Assembly (NCBI GenBank): GCA_928721565.1
Contig: OV788638.1
Coordinates: 1,484,850 to 1,548,849 of the forward strand
Reading direction: 5' to 3'
DNA: 64,000 bases
Source: an uncultured Clostridia bacterium
GTDB lineage: Bacteria > Bacillota > Clostridia > TANB77 > CAG-508
A program made the position numbers and the translations under genes. Of this stretch, positions 10,539 through 20,902 are shown in pieces. Below the pieces are notes generated by a model. The model was not told where the DNA came from. It made no database searches and saw only the letters and a program-made list of their open reading frames with translations. Position 1 is the first letter of the stretch, and each line of letters opens with the position of its first letter.

Positions 10539-13136
10539 TTACAAACGACTTATAAATAATCCATCTTGGTTACTATCAATTTTTACTGTTGTATTAGGCA
10601 AAATTTCTTGTGATAAAATCTTTTTAGCAATTAAAGTTTCAAGCTTTTTCTGCACAAATCTCTTTAAAGGTCTTGCACCATACACTTCATCATAACCATT
10701 ATCTATTAAATAATCTTTAGCAGATTGAGTTAATTCAAGTTTAATGTGTTTGTCTTCTAGTCTTCTTTCCAAGTCTTTGATTAGAAGTTCTAGTATTTTT
10801 GATATTTCTGTCTTACGAAGTGGTTTATAAAATACTATTTCGTCTAATCTATTTAAAAATTCTGGTCTAAAGCTTCTCTTTAGTAATTCCTCTACCTCTT
10901 TCTTAGCCTCTTCTGAAATTTCTCCATTTTCTTGAATTCCTTCCAATATATATTCAGAGCCTAAGTTTGATGTTAATATTATAATTGTATTTTTAAAATC
11001 TACAGTTCTACCTTGTGAGTCTGTAATACGTCCATCATCAAGAACTTGTAGCAATACATTAAATACATCTGGATGTGCCTTTTCAATCTCATCAAATAAT
11101 ACAACTGAATATGGTCTTCTTCTAACAGCTTCTGTTAATTGTCCACCTTCATCATATCCTACATATCCTGGAGGCGCACCAATTAATCTTGAAACAGAAT
11201 ATTTTTCCATATATTCAGACATATCAATTCTTACCATATTGTGTTCATCATCAAATAATGCTTCTGCAAGTGATTTTGCAAGTTCTGTTTTACCAACACC
11301 TGTTGGACCTAAGAACATAAATGAACCTATTGGTCTACGTGGGTCTCCAATGCCTGCTCTTGATCTCATAATTGCCTCTGAAACCTTTTCAACTGCTTCA
11401 TCTTGGCCTATTACCCTTTTATGAAGAATTTTGTCTAGATTTAGAATTTTCTCTCTTTCGCCTTCCATTAATTTAGTAACAGGTATTCCAGTCCATCTTG
11501 ATATGATTTTTGCAATTTCTTCATCTGTTACTTTATTTCTTAATAGTCCATCTTCTTTACTTTTTTCTGAAATTTCTTCTTCTTTTTGTAATTCCTTTTG
11601 CAACTCTGGAAGTTTACCATATCTTAATTCTGCAACTTTATTTAAATCATAAGTTCTCTCTGCATGTTCTATTTGAGCATTCGTCTGCTCTATCTCTTCA
11701 CGTAATTTTTGAACTTTTCCAATTGCAGTTTTTTCATTTTCCCATTTTGCTTTCATTGCATCAAATTTTGTTTTTAGCTCTGCTTTTTCTTTTTGAATAT
11801 CTGCTAAACGTTGTTTTGAAATTTCATCTTTTTCTTTGCTTAATGCTGTTTCTTCTATTTCTAATTGCATAATTTTTCTAGACACTTCATCAAGTTCTGT
11901 TGGCATTGACTCCATTTCTGTTTTTATCATTGCACAAGCCTCGTCAATTAAATCTATTGCTTTATCTGGTAAGAATCTATCTGATATATATCTATGTGAT
12001 AATGTTGCTGCTGAAATTAAAGCATTATCTGATATTTTTACACCATGATATACTTCATATCTTTCTTTTAGCCCTCTTAAAATTGAAATTGTATCTTCTA
12101 CTGAAGGTTCATCTACCATTACTGGTTGGAAACGTCTTTCAAGTGCTTGGTCTTTTTCAATATACTGTCTATATTCATTTAATGTTGTTGCACCTATACA
12201 ATGTAATTCTCCTCTTGCCAACATTGGTTTTAACAAGTTTCCTGCATCCATTGCACCATCTGTTTTTCCAGCTCCTACAATTGTGTGAATTTCATCAATA
12301 AATAAAATTATTCGTCCCTCACTCTTTTTAACTTCTTGTAATACAGCTTTTAACCTCTCTTCAAACTCACCTCTATATTTAGCGCCTGCAATTAACAATC
12401 CCATATCAAGTGAAAATATACTACATTCTTTTAGCCCTTCTGGTACATCTCCTCTAACAATTCTTAAAGCTAATCCTTCTGCAATAGCAGTTTTACCAAC
12501 ACCAGGTTCGCCTATTAAACATGGATTGTTTTTTGTTTTTCTTGATAAAATTCTAATAACATTTCTAATTTCAGAATCTCTACCAATTACAGGATCTAAT
12601 TTCTGTTCTCTTGCCATTTCGGTTAAATCTTGGCCATATTTTTTAAGTACATCATACGTATCTTCTGGATTATCAGAAGTAACTCTTGTATTACCTCTAA
12701 CCTCTGACAAAGCTTTCAAAAACTCGTTTTTAGTAATACTATATCTTCGTAATAAATCTTTGATTTTACTATTTGAATTATCGAAAATTCCAATCATAAT
12801 ATGTTCAACTGAAACATATTCATCTTTCATTTTTTTAGCAATATTTTCTGCGTCAGCCAATGTCTTATTAACATCTTGTGATACATAAATACTATCACTT
12901 TGTGTTGCTCCTCCTGTAATTTGGGGCATATTGTTTACTATGTTTCTAAGTTCATCTTCTAGCCCATCTGTCATACTAATTTTTTTCAATAGTTCTTTAA
13001 TCAAGCTATTGTCTTGCTCCAATAAAGCTAATAACAAATGTTCTTGCTCTACTTGTGCATTTTGTTTTTCTGCTGCTAATGTTTGTGCACTTTGTATTGC
13101 TTCTAATGATTTTTGAGTAAATTTTTGAATATTCAT
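10539..13136 (-). CDS. clpB: ATP-dependent chaperone ClpB
   Basis: Two AAA+ modules ([15 protein letters not shown] and [15 protein letters not shown]) with a long coiled-coil middle domain. The true start is MNIQKF at 13136, with RBS AGGAGGTAGGTATT. The ORF-track start at 13226 reads through the upstream repeat element. Confidence 0.9.
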   Translation of the reverse strand: MNIQKFTQKSLEAIQSAQTLAAEKQNAQVEQEHLLLALLEQDNSLIKELLKKISMTDGLEDELRNIVNNMPQITGGATQSDSIYVSQDVNKTLADAENIAKKMKDEYVSVEHIMIGIFDNSNSKIKDLLRRYSITKNEFLKALSEVRGNTRVTSDNPEDTYDVLKKYGQDLTEMAREQKLDPVIGRDSEIRNVIRILSRKTKNNPCLIGEPGVGKTAIAEGLALRIVRGDVPEGLKECSIFSLDMGLLIAGAKYRGEFEERLKAVLQEVKKSEGRIILFIDEIHTIVGAGKTDGAMDAGNLLKPMLARGELHCIGATTLNEYRQYIEKDQALERRFQPVMVDEPSVEDTISILRGLKERYEVYHGVKISDNALISAATLSHRYISDRFLPDKAIDLIDEACAMIKTEMESMPTELDEVSRKIMQLEIEETALSKEKDEISKQRLADIQKEKAELKTKFDAMKAKWENEKTAIGKVQKLREEIEQTNAQIEHAERTYDLNKVAELRYGKLPELQKELQKEEEISEKSKEDGLLRNKVTDEEIAKIISRWTGIPVTKLMEGEREKILNLDKILHKRVIGQDEAVEKVSEAIMRSRAGIGDPRRPIGSFMFLGPTGVGKTELAKSLAEALFDDEHNMVRIDMSEYMEKYSVSRLIGAPPGYVGYDEGGQLTEAVRRRPYSVVLFDEIEKAHPDVFNVLLQVLDDGRITDSQGRTVDFKNTIIILTSNLGSEYILEGIQENGEISEEAKKEVEELLKRSFRPEFLNRLDEIVFYKPLRKTEISKILELLIKDLERRLEDKHIKLELTQSAKDYLIDNGYDEVYGARPLKRFVQKKLETLIAKKILSQEILPNTTVKIDSNQDGLFISRL

Positions 13137-13152
13137 AATACCTACCTCCTTT

Positions 13153-13215
13153 TTGCACCGTTGGGACCGGTTCTCTTTTGTGCATTTGTTCATTTGGGAC
13201 CGGTTCTTATCGGTT
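13153..13215. repeat. tandem pair of the GGGACCGGTTC-core palindromic element (copies B1, B2) in the clpB 5' leader
   Basis: TGCACCGTTGGGACCGGTTCTCTTTTGTGCA and TTGTTCATTTGGGACCGGTTCTTATCGGTTC; core-to-core spacing 33 bp; located between the promoter and the RBS. Confidence 0.85.
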
Positions 13216-13292
13216 CTTTTTCCCATAGTTTTAGACCGAAGACTTGGTGTCCCGGCCTTTTTACTTTTATTATATCTCTTTTGACATTTATT

Positions 13293-13321
13293 ATTATATC
13301 ACTTTATTTTAGCAGTGTCAA
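13293..13321 (-). promoter_or_regulatory. sigma-A-type promoter of clpB (TTGACA-17bp-TATAAT)
   Basis: On the minus strand: TTGACActgctaaaataaagtgaTATAAT, about 150 nt upstream of the clpB start. Confidence 0.6.
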
Positions 13322-13387
13322 TAGTAGAGTGCTAATTTTATAAATATTCCCCTCCAAAAAATTATCTAAAAGGTCGTGCCTTAAAAT

Positions 13388-13428
13388 AGATATAAAAAAA
13401 TCTTAGGATTTTATAACCCTAAGATTCA
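13388..13428 (-). terminator. intrinsic terminator downstream of the 13647..14150 gene
   Basis: Stem AATCTTAGG/CCTAAGATT followed by a T7 run on the minus strand. Confidence 0.5.
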
Positions 13429-13646
13429 ATATGGTGCCTTAGCAAAGGACGTATGCGAAAAATATCTTGCACAAAAGCACTCTATTATCCGTTTCAAAAT
13501 CAGTTATAGCAATAGTTTCAAAGATATGTATACCCACAACGGTGTTTTTTGTCTATTACTATGTTTTTAATTTAACATAATTTTTTATATTTGGCAATAC
13601 CTTTTGAATAAATTCATAAATATCTTCTAAAAAATTTTTTTCTTTC

Positions 13647-14150
13647 TTAGAACCATTTTGTTTTTTCATATTGTGAAAAATAAACATCTGGCATAAACAT
13701 TACTATCCCATTATTAATATTTTCATACCCCAAAAAAATTTCATCAGTCCCTGTAATTTTAGCAATAGGATTTTGTACATGTTCTTTATCTGTGAAACTA
13801 TTATATTCAAAACAATCAATATATTTATTAAATACTTCTTTTGCACTTTTATTGATAAATTCGATATTCTCTCCTGTTGCCCTTATAGTATTAAATCTCA
13901 TAGGAGAAAATTTTTCAGTATCAATGAAATCAACTATATTCGTTATTCTTGCACTTCTTCCTGTTCCAGAAATTTCTTGTTTACCAGTATATATTGTTCT
14001 TTTATCACTATAAGGAGTTATAACTATAATAGATCTTCCAGTATTTAAATATGCTTCATATTCTAGTATAGTTTGTTCACTACTATATTTTATATTTTCT
14101 ATGTTGTTGTGATTAAAATTTGTATAAAATCCAATTGCTCCAATTTTCAT
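13647..14150 (-). CDS. hypothetical protein
   Basis: 167-aa ORF; last gene of the 4-gene minus-strand cluster next to the tRNAs. Confidence 0.4.
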   Translation of the reverse strand: MKIGAIGFYTNFNHNNIENIKYSSEQTILEYEAYLNTGRSIIVITPYSDKRTIYTGKQEISGTGRSARITNIVDFIDTEKFSPMRFNTIRATGENIEFINKSAKEVFNKYIDCFEYNSFTDKEHVQNPIAKITGTDEIFLGYENINNGIVMFMPDVYFSQYEKTKWF

Positions 14151-14240
14151 AAACTTTTTCCTTGATACTTTTTTTGATGTATTTATTACTAATATTCTAA
14201 TTTTATTACAAATTTGCCACCAGTGGCAAATTTCATAATA

Positions 14241-15317
14241 CTAATCATCATCTTCTTCAAATTCCTCATTCGGTAATTTTTTTATATATAAATTTAATTC
14301 TTCTTCCGTTGGCAATTTCTCCATTATTTCTTTTGGAATAACATTTTTTACTTTATATGAAGCTACTCCTATTGGGGCATTTACACTTTTTAAAGACCAT
14401 TCGACTGTTAGTTTATCTTTATCTTCACAAAGTAATAATCCTATCGTTTCATTATCTGTTTCTTTTTTCAAAGTTTCATCAACTGCTGTTACATAAAATC
14501 CTAATTGTCCAACATATTCAGGTCTAAATTCTGTATTTTTTAATTCTACAACTACGAAACATCTTAAATCCAAGTGATAAAATAATAAATCTATATAATA
14601 ATCATTATTATTCGTTGAAATTTTGTATTGATTTCCAACAAAACTGAAGCCCTTTCCTAATTCAAGTAATACATTCTTTATTCTTTCTAACATTGCATTT
14701 TCAATGTCTCTTTCTCTTGCTTTTTTTCCTATATTAGCTAATTCAAAAATATATGGATCTTTTATCATATCTCTGGCAAATTCACTTTGTGCAATAGATA
14801 GCTTATCATTAAAATTTGTCATTTTCTCTGGAATAGCTTGTCTTTCATATAATTCTAAATCAATTTGATGGCTTAATACAGTTTTAGACCACCCATTTTC
14901 AATAATTTGCTTAGCATACCAAACTCTTTTATCAATATCTTCGATCTTATCTACTAAAATACAATTTTGAGACCATGATATTGTTTCCAATTCTTTGGGA
15001 ATACTAGCTAAATCTTTATATGCTTCGTATACTTTTCTCATTCTTGCTAGATTACGTGCTGAAAAGCCTTGTTCATCTGGAAAATCTAATTTTAATGCAA
15101 CTGATAATCTATTAATAAAATTATTTCCGTATTTAGCATTATCACTAATTATTTTTCCCAACCTTAAATAAAAATTGACAACTTCTTTATTAGCTTTTGA
15201 AATGATGTTATATCTTGTATCTAAAATATCCTTTTCAATATCTTTTACAATTTTTACAAAGTCGTCATCTAATAGTTCAAGTTTGTTTGACATATTGTTT
15301 ATGTACCTCACTTTCAT
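14241..15317 (-). CDS. YhcG-like PD-(D/E)XK nuclease family protein (DUF1016)
   Basis: N-terminal DUF1016-like region plus a C-terminal PD-(D/E)XK-like core (DLLFYH...LRCFVVVELK). Confidence 0.6.
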   Translation of the reverse strand: MKVRYINNMSNKLELLDDDFVKIVKDIEKDILDTRYNIISKANKEVVNFYLRLGKIISDNAKYGNNFINRLSVALKLDFPDEQGFSARNLARMRKVYEAYKDLASIPKELETISWSQNCILVDKIEDIDKRVWYAKQIIENGWSKTVLSHQIDLELYERQAIPEKMTNFNDKLSIAQSEFARDMIKDPYIFELANIGKKARERDIENAMLERIKNVLLELGKGFSFVGNQYKISTNNNDYYIDLLFYHLDLRCFVVVELKNTEFRPEYVGQLGFYVTAVDETLKKETDNETIGLLLCEDKDKLTVEWSLKSVNAPIGVASYKVKNVIPKEIMEKLPTEEELNLYIKKLPNEEFEEDDD

Positions 15318-15340
15318 ATATATTCATTTTACTAATGTAT

Positions 15341-17599
15341 CTACATTTCAAGTCCATTCGCTTTTCTATGATTTTGTTTATTTTGAAATCTTATTTGTGC
15401 TTCATTAGTTTGTCTTATATGATTTTGTATTAACATTTCTTGTTCTTTAGTTAATTGTTTTCCCATTCTCTTTTCAAACATTAACCTTTTTACTTCATTA
15501 AGTCTTTTCATATCTTCCATCGCACTTTGTGTTTCAGATGTAGTTACTTTAACTTTTGAGATTGTATCTACAACACTACTCATATTAATTTTTCTGTTTG
15601 GCTCTTTTCCGTCTTTATCTTGCTCTATTTGTGATTTTTCATGCTTTGTTTTGGCTATTCCTACTTCTTGCTGTAATGCTTGTCCTCCTGTATCTTTAGA
15701 ATCAAAATCTGGTAAAAATTGCATAATAGTTTCAACTTCACTTTTTGCTATGTGCTCTCCTGTAAGTCCAAATATAAATTCATTTGATGATTTTGCTAAT
15801 CGAGTTTCCATTTTTGCTTCATCATTTTGCATTTTAAAAAAGTCATACACTATACTCATATTCCCTTGATTTATTAAAAGAGTTCTTATCATTTCTTCTG
15901 AATGCTTATATCCGTCTTTAGATAGTTCATCATATATAGCTTGTGTATCTATCATTCCATTTTCTGCCATCCCATTACCAACTAATTCTCCAAGTTCATT
16001 ATATATTCTTTCACTGGACTCATTAAACGCATAGGTTATTCCTGGTATTTCTTCACCAGACACCCATTTTGAACCAGCAGCCACAGACCAAATTGATGCA
16101 AATTTTGCCATACTAACAATTCGTGAATCTGTAATTTCTTTTCCTGTTTTTCTATCTTTAACATATAGTTGAGTCCAATCATCATCTTTATAATCAACTT
16201 GGAATTTTTGATAAATGCTTTTCAAATCTTGAAATTTGACACTTTCCCCTTTTTTTACCTCTATTGCATTTAATGGAATATTATTTCCACTTTCACATTC
16301 TTCTACTGAATTTAAAATCATATAGTCATTTTCTCTTGCTATAACTTTCATCGCAGAAAAAACTTTTTTTCTATCTAATGCTATTTGCCCTTTCGTATCA
16401 AAACTTAAATCATTATCTTGTTGTAAATTCTTACACATCTTTTTAACATTTTTTCCAAAATCATCTTTTGAAATTCCCTTTTCTTGAAAATAAATTTGTG
16501 ATAATATTTTCTCTTTTAAACTTTCATTCTCAATAATAAGACTTGGGTCATCAGAAGATCTTATAGTTTTTCCATCATCTGAAATAATAACTAATTCACT
16601 ACAATCATTTTCATTATATACATCTAATATAAATTGTTTTTCTTGTTCTGTTCGTTTTAAATCTTTGTCTATCCCTTTTTTTGCTTCTTGAAGTTCCTTA
16701 TCACTCATATTTGCATATTTTACTATTGTATTAGATAATTTTTTTAAAATATTAGGCTCGTCTTCTACTGAATCTAATACATCATATAAATATGTTTGCT
16801 GTTCTTTCTTTGATAGTGTTTTTAATTTTGGAACAATTATTTGCGTACATACTTTTTCATATAATAACTCCATCATTTTTTCTCTAATAGGTTTCATTAT
16901 GATACCATAGTATTTATCTTTATTTTCTTTTTTTAATGCATCTTTTGGATTCATATAGTATGTAGAAGTTAGATATTTATTTATATCACTATAAAATTTA
17001 TCATTTTGTGATAATCTATTACACTCTTCTTGTAAAGCATTAGAATGATTAAAATAAGAATCTAGACTCACATCTTCTCCAAATGTAGCATCTAGAATTT
17101 TCGCTATTTTTTTATAATCTTTATATTTGCTATCAGTATTTGGACTAACTGTATATCCCCAAATTTTTTCTGTAAACATTTGTGTCATACCCTCATTTAG
17201 TCCTCTATTTTTATTTGTCTGCATAATTCCAGTATGTTCTTTTTCATCTTCTGGTTTGTCTTTAAACCTTGCTCCAGAATGCAACAATTCGTGTGTTAGT
17301 TGTGTCATTATTAGTTTTTTTACACTATTGTCAATATTTATTGGATTATCATTCTCATCTAATATAGCAAAGCCTTTATCAATCATTATTTCACTAGGTC
17401 TATTAGTTTTTTCTCCTCTACTTTCCATTCTTGCTTTTCCATTTTCTACTGAATTTTCTACATACAAACCTGCTACTTTGTCCATATTTTCTCTTATAAA
17501 GTCTGCTGTCCTTAAACCTTTACTTTTTAAATAAACTTGAATTTTATCTTTTAGTTGGTCTAGAACATTTTTGTCCATTTCTTTTCTATAATTTTCCAT
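15341..17599 (-). CDS. large hypothetical protein with an HExxH (zincin-like) motif
   Basis: 752 aa, K/E-rich. The only motif I recognise is MTQLTHELLHSG. No signal peptide. Confidence 0.4.
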   Translation of the reverse strand: MENYRKEMDKNVLDQLKDKIQVYLKSKGLRTADFIRENMDKVAGLYVENSVENGKARMESRGEKTNRPSEIMIDKGFAILDENDNPINIDNSVKKLIMTQLTHELLHSGARFKDKPEDEKEHTGIMQTNKNRGLNEGMTQMFTEKIWGYTVSPNTDSKYKDYKKIAKILDATFGEDVSLDSYFNHSNALQEECNRLSQNDKFYSDINKYLTSTYYMNPKDALKKENKDKYYGIIMKPIREKMMELLYEKVCTQIIVPKLKTLSKKEQQTYLYDVLDSVEDEPNILKKLSNTIVKYANMSDKELQEAKKGIDKDLKRTEQEKQFILDVYNENDCSELVIISDDGKTIRSSDDPSLIIENESLKEKILSQIYFQEKGISKDDFGKNVKKMCKNLQQDNDLSFDTKGQIALDRKKVFSAMKVIARENDYMILNSVEECESGNNIPLNAIEVKKGESVKFQDLKSIYQKFQVDYKDDDWTQLYVKDRKTGKEITDSRIVSMAKFASIWSVAAGSKWVSGEEIPGITYAFNESSERIYNELGELVGNGMAENGMIDTQAIYDELSKDGYKHSEEMIRTLLINQGNMSIVYDFFKMQNDEAKMETRLAKSSNEFIFGLTGEHIAKSEVETIMQFLPDFDSKDTGGQALQQEVGIAKTKHEKSQIEQDKDGKEPNRKINMSSVVDTISKVKVTTSETQSAMEDMKRLNEVKRLMFEKRMGKQLTKEQEMLIQNHIRQTNEAQIRFQNKQNHRKANGLEM

Positions 17600-17610
17600 A
17601 TACTATACCT

Positions 17611-18153
17611 CTATTTTCTTTTAAAAAATACTGTAATTTTTTCTAAAATTCTTTTAAATAAATTTTTCTGTTTGTATTCAACCAGTGATACATTTTCTTT
17701 ATTCTTGTTGTCTATATCTTCTATATGGTCATATTTCTTATTTTTGAATAAATTGTCTGGATTATATCTTTCCTCAAGTTCTTTCTTTTCTTTTTCATTT
17801 TCAGCTAATTCATTTAGAAAATTTTGTTTTTCTTCCTCACTATTGCACCAATAATTAAGATTTAAAATTGCCAATAATACCATTGTTTCTCTTTTCAAAT
17901 TTTGTTCAATCAATGGCTTATCAATATCAATTTTAGGCTGGTAATCATTCATTTTTTCTTCTTTAAAAAATTGCCTTATTTTTTCTGGTACTTTTTCTTT
18001 ATATTCATCTTCTAATAAGCTTAATATCTCATCCATTTCTGCATAAGCTAACATATCATCTATTACCATTTGTTTTCCTCCAATATCAACATTCGCTTTA
18101 TACTTCTCTATATATTTTATACCATTAATTAATGTTTTTTTCAATAAAAACAT
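17611..18153 (-). CDS. hypothetical protein
   Basis: 180-aa ORF, 11 bp upstream of the HExxH protein gene; first gene of the cluster. Confidence 0.4.
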   Translation of the reverse strand: MFLLKKTLINGIKYIEKYKANVDIGGKQMVIDDMLAYAEMDEILSLLEDEYKEKVPEKIRQFFKEEKMNDYQPKIDIDKPLIEQNLKRETMVLLAILNLNYWCNSEEEKQNFLNELAENEKEKKELEERYNPDNLFKNKKYDHIEDIDNKNKENVSLVEYKQKNLFKRILEKITVFFKRK

Positions 18154-18363
18154 TTTATTTTCTATTAATACTTTTTACTATGCTCTTCTTTATTTCTTCC
18201 TTAACTGTAACTAATACTTACACTACTATCTTCAATAAATTTAAAGAAAATGCATTAGAAAATTATATCAATTATATTAAAAATATCTAGTTGCATTAAA
18301 ATTGCATTATAAAAACCGTAGAATTGTTGATGTTTCAACGTTTCTACGGTTTTTAATATGGTG

Positions 18364-18445
18364 GACAGGGAAGGATTCGAACCTTCGTACTCGTATGAGA
18401 ACAGATTTACAGTCTGCCGCCTTTAGCCACTCGGCCACCTGTCCA
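18364..18445 (-). tRNA. tRNA-Tyr (anticodon GTA)
   Basis: The reverse complement GGACAGGTGGCCGAGTGGCTAAAGGCGGCAGACTGTAAATCTG...GGTTCGAATCCTTCCCTGTCCACC has a long variable arm and a T-loop GGTTCGAATCC. Confidence 0.85.
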
Positions 18446-18475
18446 AATTTTTTATTACTTAAGTAATAAAAAAAT

Positions 18476-18552
18476 GGTGCTCCCACTAGGACTTGAACCT
18501 AGGACCTACCGGTTATGAGCCGGTTGCTCTAACCAACTGAGCTATAGGAGCA
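18476..18552 (-). tRNA. tRNA with CAT anticodon (elongator Met, or Ile2 after lysidine modification)
   Basis: The reverse complement GCTCCTATAGCTCAGTTGGTTAGAGCAACCGGCTCATAACCGGTAGGTCCTAGGTTCAAGTCCTAGTGGGAGCACCA shows a cloverleaf, an encoded CCA end and a 1-72 G-C pair, so it is not an initiator tRNA. Confidence 0.8.
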
Positions 18553-18731
18553 TGTTAATATTTTTTTATTGCTCAACGCAGTTCTTAGTATACATTATTT
18601 ACTTTCAATTGTCAATACTTTTTTCGAAATTTTTTTACATTTTTTCATTTACTTAAATCTAATTAAACTTCCACTAATATATAGAGCCAAAAATTAATGG
18701 TAAAGAAAATCAATACCATTAATTTTTTTAA

Positions 18732-18908
18732 GATCATACTGTAACATCATATAAATCATCTATTATAAAATTAGTATCTTCTGTATAAAAAAGGTCTTTT
18801 ATACCATGTGAAAATTGTACAATTCCTTTTATTTCATTAGTAGGAATTATATATGCTATTTCAATCCTTAATCCATCACTACTTGATTTTATATAATCCT
18901 TTTTTATC
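18732..18908 (-). pseudogene. N-terminal remnant (58 aa) of an alpha/beta-hydrolase gene
   Basis: RBS GAGGT followed by MIKKDYIKSSSDGLRIEIAYIIPTNEIKGIVQFSHGIKDLFYTED... (an HG-motif lipase/esterase N-terminus) that ends prematurely. It lies between the oleate hydratase gene and the tRNAs. Confidence 0.35.
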
Positions 18909-18937
18909 ATTTTTACCTCACATTTTACGCTCTTTTA

Positions 18938-20734
18938 TTAAATTACATTATGCTCTTTTAAGATTTTCTCAATATCTGTACCTGCGATTTTTTTGATGAC
19001 TTCTTTTAAAGCAATTTTTTCTTTTAAGCCTAGATTCATATCTGTAATCTTTTTTCCATCTCGTAGTTGAACTGTGGCATTTAATAAATCTCGAATATCA
19101 TATACACTACCCCAAACTTCTGGTACACCACGGTCTATGTCTAATAATGTATATACAGCTTCCATTGCAGTACGAATTGAATACTCTGTTGTAAATATTG
19201 TATCTCTTTTTGTTTCAGCAAATTGACCTAAAAATGCAAAGTTTTTGCTTCCTTCTGGAACTACCAATGGCCTATCTCCTGCTGCCCTTGGCATAAAGAA
19301 TGCTGTAATATATGGCATCATGCAAGGAATTGTATTCGCACTATTCTCTGCCATTTCTTCAATTTGATCTTCTGGCACTCCTAAGTGATATAGCCATTCC
19401 ATACAGATTTCTTTACCTGTACAATCTCTCATAGCTTTTTTCACATAATTTCCTGGTTTATCACTAAATAGCCCATAAATCCATCCTACAAGTTGACCTT
19501 TTGGTTGGCTTCTAAATTGAGGTTGTCTATTAAATGTCCAACTTAATAACCAATTTGAATCTTTAACAGTAACAATTCCTCCTGTTACAACTTTTCCAGT
19601 AAACGGATCTCTTTTGCAAATTTTTTGAACATATGGTGGAATACGATCATCTAATGTTGTTACTGTTGCACTCATCCAATTACTTTTTTCTGGATCATGA
19701 CAGAATTTATCTGGATTTCCAAAAGCTGAATCTTGTGCAGCAATTTTACGCCACATGTCCCATCCTCCACCTGGTTTAATTTCGGTATTAAATGGTGCAG
19801 GTTCATTTTGGCTACCTAAAGAAGAATTTTCAACACAACCACCATTTGTTATAAATACTAAATCGTCTTCTAATAAATCAATATGATCTTCTATGCCATC
19901 ACGAAGAACAACAATTCTTTTGGCTAATTTTTTGTCTTCTTTAATGTCAAACTCAACATTTTCGACTTTTACTCCATAATGGAATTGTACTCCAAAGCTT
20001 TCAAGGTATTTTACCATAGGAAGTATCATTGATTCATATTGATTATACTTTGTAAATCTTAGTGCTGTAAAGTCAGGTAATCCTCCAACATGATGTATAT
20101 AACGTTTTATATATAATTTCATTTCTAATGCACTATGCCAATTTTCAAATGCAAACATTGTACGCCAGTATAGCCAGAAATTTGAATTTAAAACTTCATC
20201 ATCAAAATAGTCTGTAATTTTTTTATCATATAATTCCTCATCTGGTGTAAAAAATAATTTCATTATTTCCATTGCACCTTTATCTGATAATTCAAATTTT
20301 TTATCTGTATGGGCATCTTCTCCTCTATTTATTGTTGCTCTCATTAATGAATAATTTGGGTCTTCTTTATTTAACCAATAGTATTCATCTAATACGCTTA
20401 CACCTTCTGTCTCGATTGATGGTATAGAGCGAAATAAATCCCACATACACTCAAAATGGTTATCCATTTCTCTGCCGCCACGCATTACATATCCTAATCC
20501 ATCATATAAATATCCATCACATGCTCCACCAGGAATTTGTTCTTTTTCTAATATGTGAACTCTTTCTCCTTTCAATTGTCCATCACGAACTAAAAAACAT
20601 GCAGCAGCTAATGCTCCTAATCCTGAACCTATAATATATGCAGATTTTTTATCAACACCTTCTGGCTTTTTTGGTCTAGCAAAAGCCTCATAATTTCCAC
20701 TACTATAATACATAACAATTTCCTCCTTCATCAT
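18938..20734 (-). CDS. ohyA: oleate hydratase (MCRA family, FAD-dependent)
   Basis: MYYSSGNYEAFARPKKPEGVDKKSAYIIGSGLGALAAACFL matches the conserved oleate hydratase N-terminus with a GxGxxG FAD motif. ~590 aa. The likely true start is MYYSSG at ~20713. Confidence 0.85.
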   Translation of the reverse strand: MMKEEIVMYYSSGNYEAFARPKKPEGVDKKSAYIIGSGLGALAAACFLVRDGQLKGERVHILEKEQIPGGACDGYLYDGLGYVMRGGREMDNHFECMWDLFRSIPSIETEGVSVLDEYYWLNKEDPNYSLMRATINRGEDAHTDKKFELSDKGAMEIMKLFFTPDEELYDKKITDYFDDEVLNSNFWLYWRTMFAFENWHSALEMKLYIKRYIHHVGGLPDFTALRFTKYNQYESMILPMVKYLESFGVQFHYGVKVENVEFDIKEDKKLAKRIVVLRDGIEDHIDLLEDDLVFITNGGCVENSSLGSQNEPAPFNTEIKPGGGWDMWRKIAAQDSAFGNPDKFCHDPEKSNWMSATVTTLDDRIPPYVQKICKRDPFTGKVVTGGIVTVKDSNWLLSWTFNRQPQFRSQPKGQLVGWIYGLFSDKPGNYVKKAMRDCTGKEICMEWLYHLGVPEDQIEEMAENSANTIPCMMPYITAFFMPRAAGDRPLVVPEGSKNFAFLGQFAETKRDTIFTTEYSIRTAMEAVYTLLDIDRGVPEVWGSVYDIRDLLNATVQLRDGKKITDMNLGLKEKIALKEVIKKIAGTDIEKILKEHNVI

Positions 20735-20902
20735 TTAGTATGACATATTATAAAAATAATATTTTAAAATTTACAATAAACAAAGAAAAATATATGTATG
20801 TTTTTTTTACATTTTATACATTTTGTCTAATATTTTAAATTTATCACGAATTCTTATTTTTGTCATATTATGTAATATACAATCAAGAAAAGGAGGATTA
20901 AT

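Noticed and set aside
13137-13226. 30-aa N-terminal extension of the clpB ORF (start at 13226) in the ORF track
   Set aside because: The extension is the fortuitous in-frame translation of the repeat elements and the RBS. The conserved ClpB N-terminus MNIQKF, with the AGGAGG RBS at the correct spacing, starts at 13136.
13137-13330. CtsR operator, HrcA CIRCE or LexA Cheo box as the identity of the repeated element
   Set aside because: I compared the element with the CtsR heptad direct repeat (GGTCAAA-NAN-GGTCAAA), CIRCE (TTAGCACTC-N9-GAGTGCTAA) and the Gram-positive SOS box (GAAC-N4-GTTC). It matches none of them: the conserved part is the central GGGACCGGTTC, not the arms.
20735-20902. Sigma-E/sigma-K type sporulation promoter upstream of cotJA
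   Set aside because: The sequence TCATATTatgtaatatACAATC weakly resembles the sigma-E -35 ATATT and -10 CATACA-T, but the spacing is wrong and I cannot support it without a position weight matrix.
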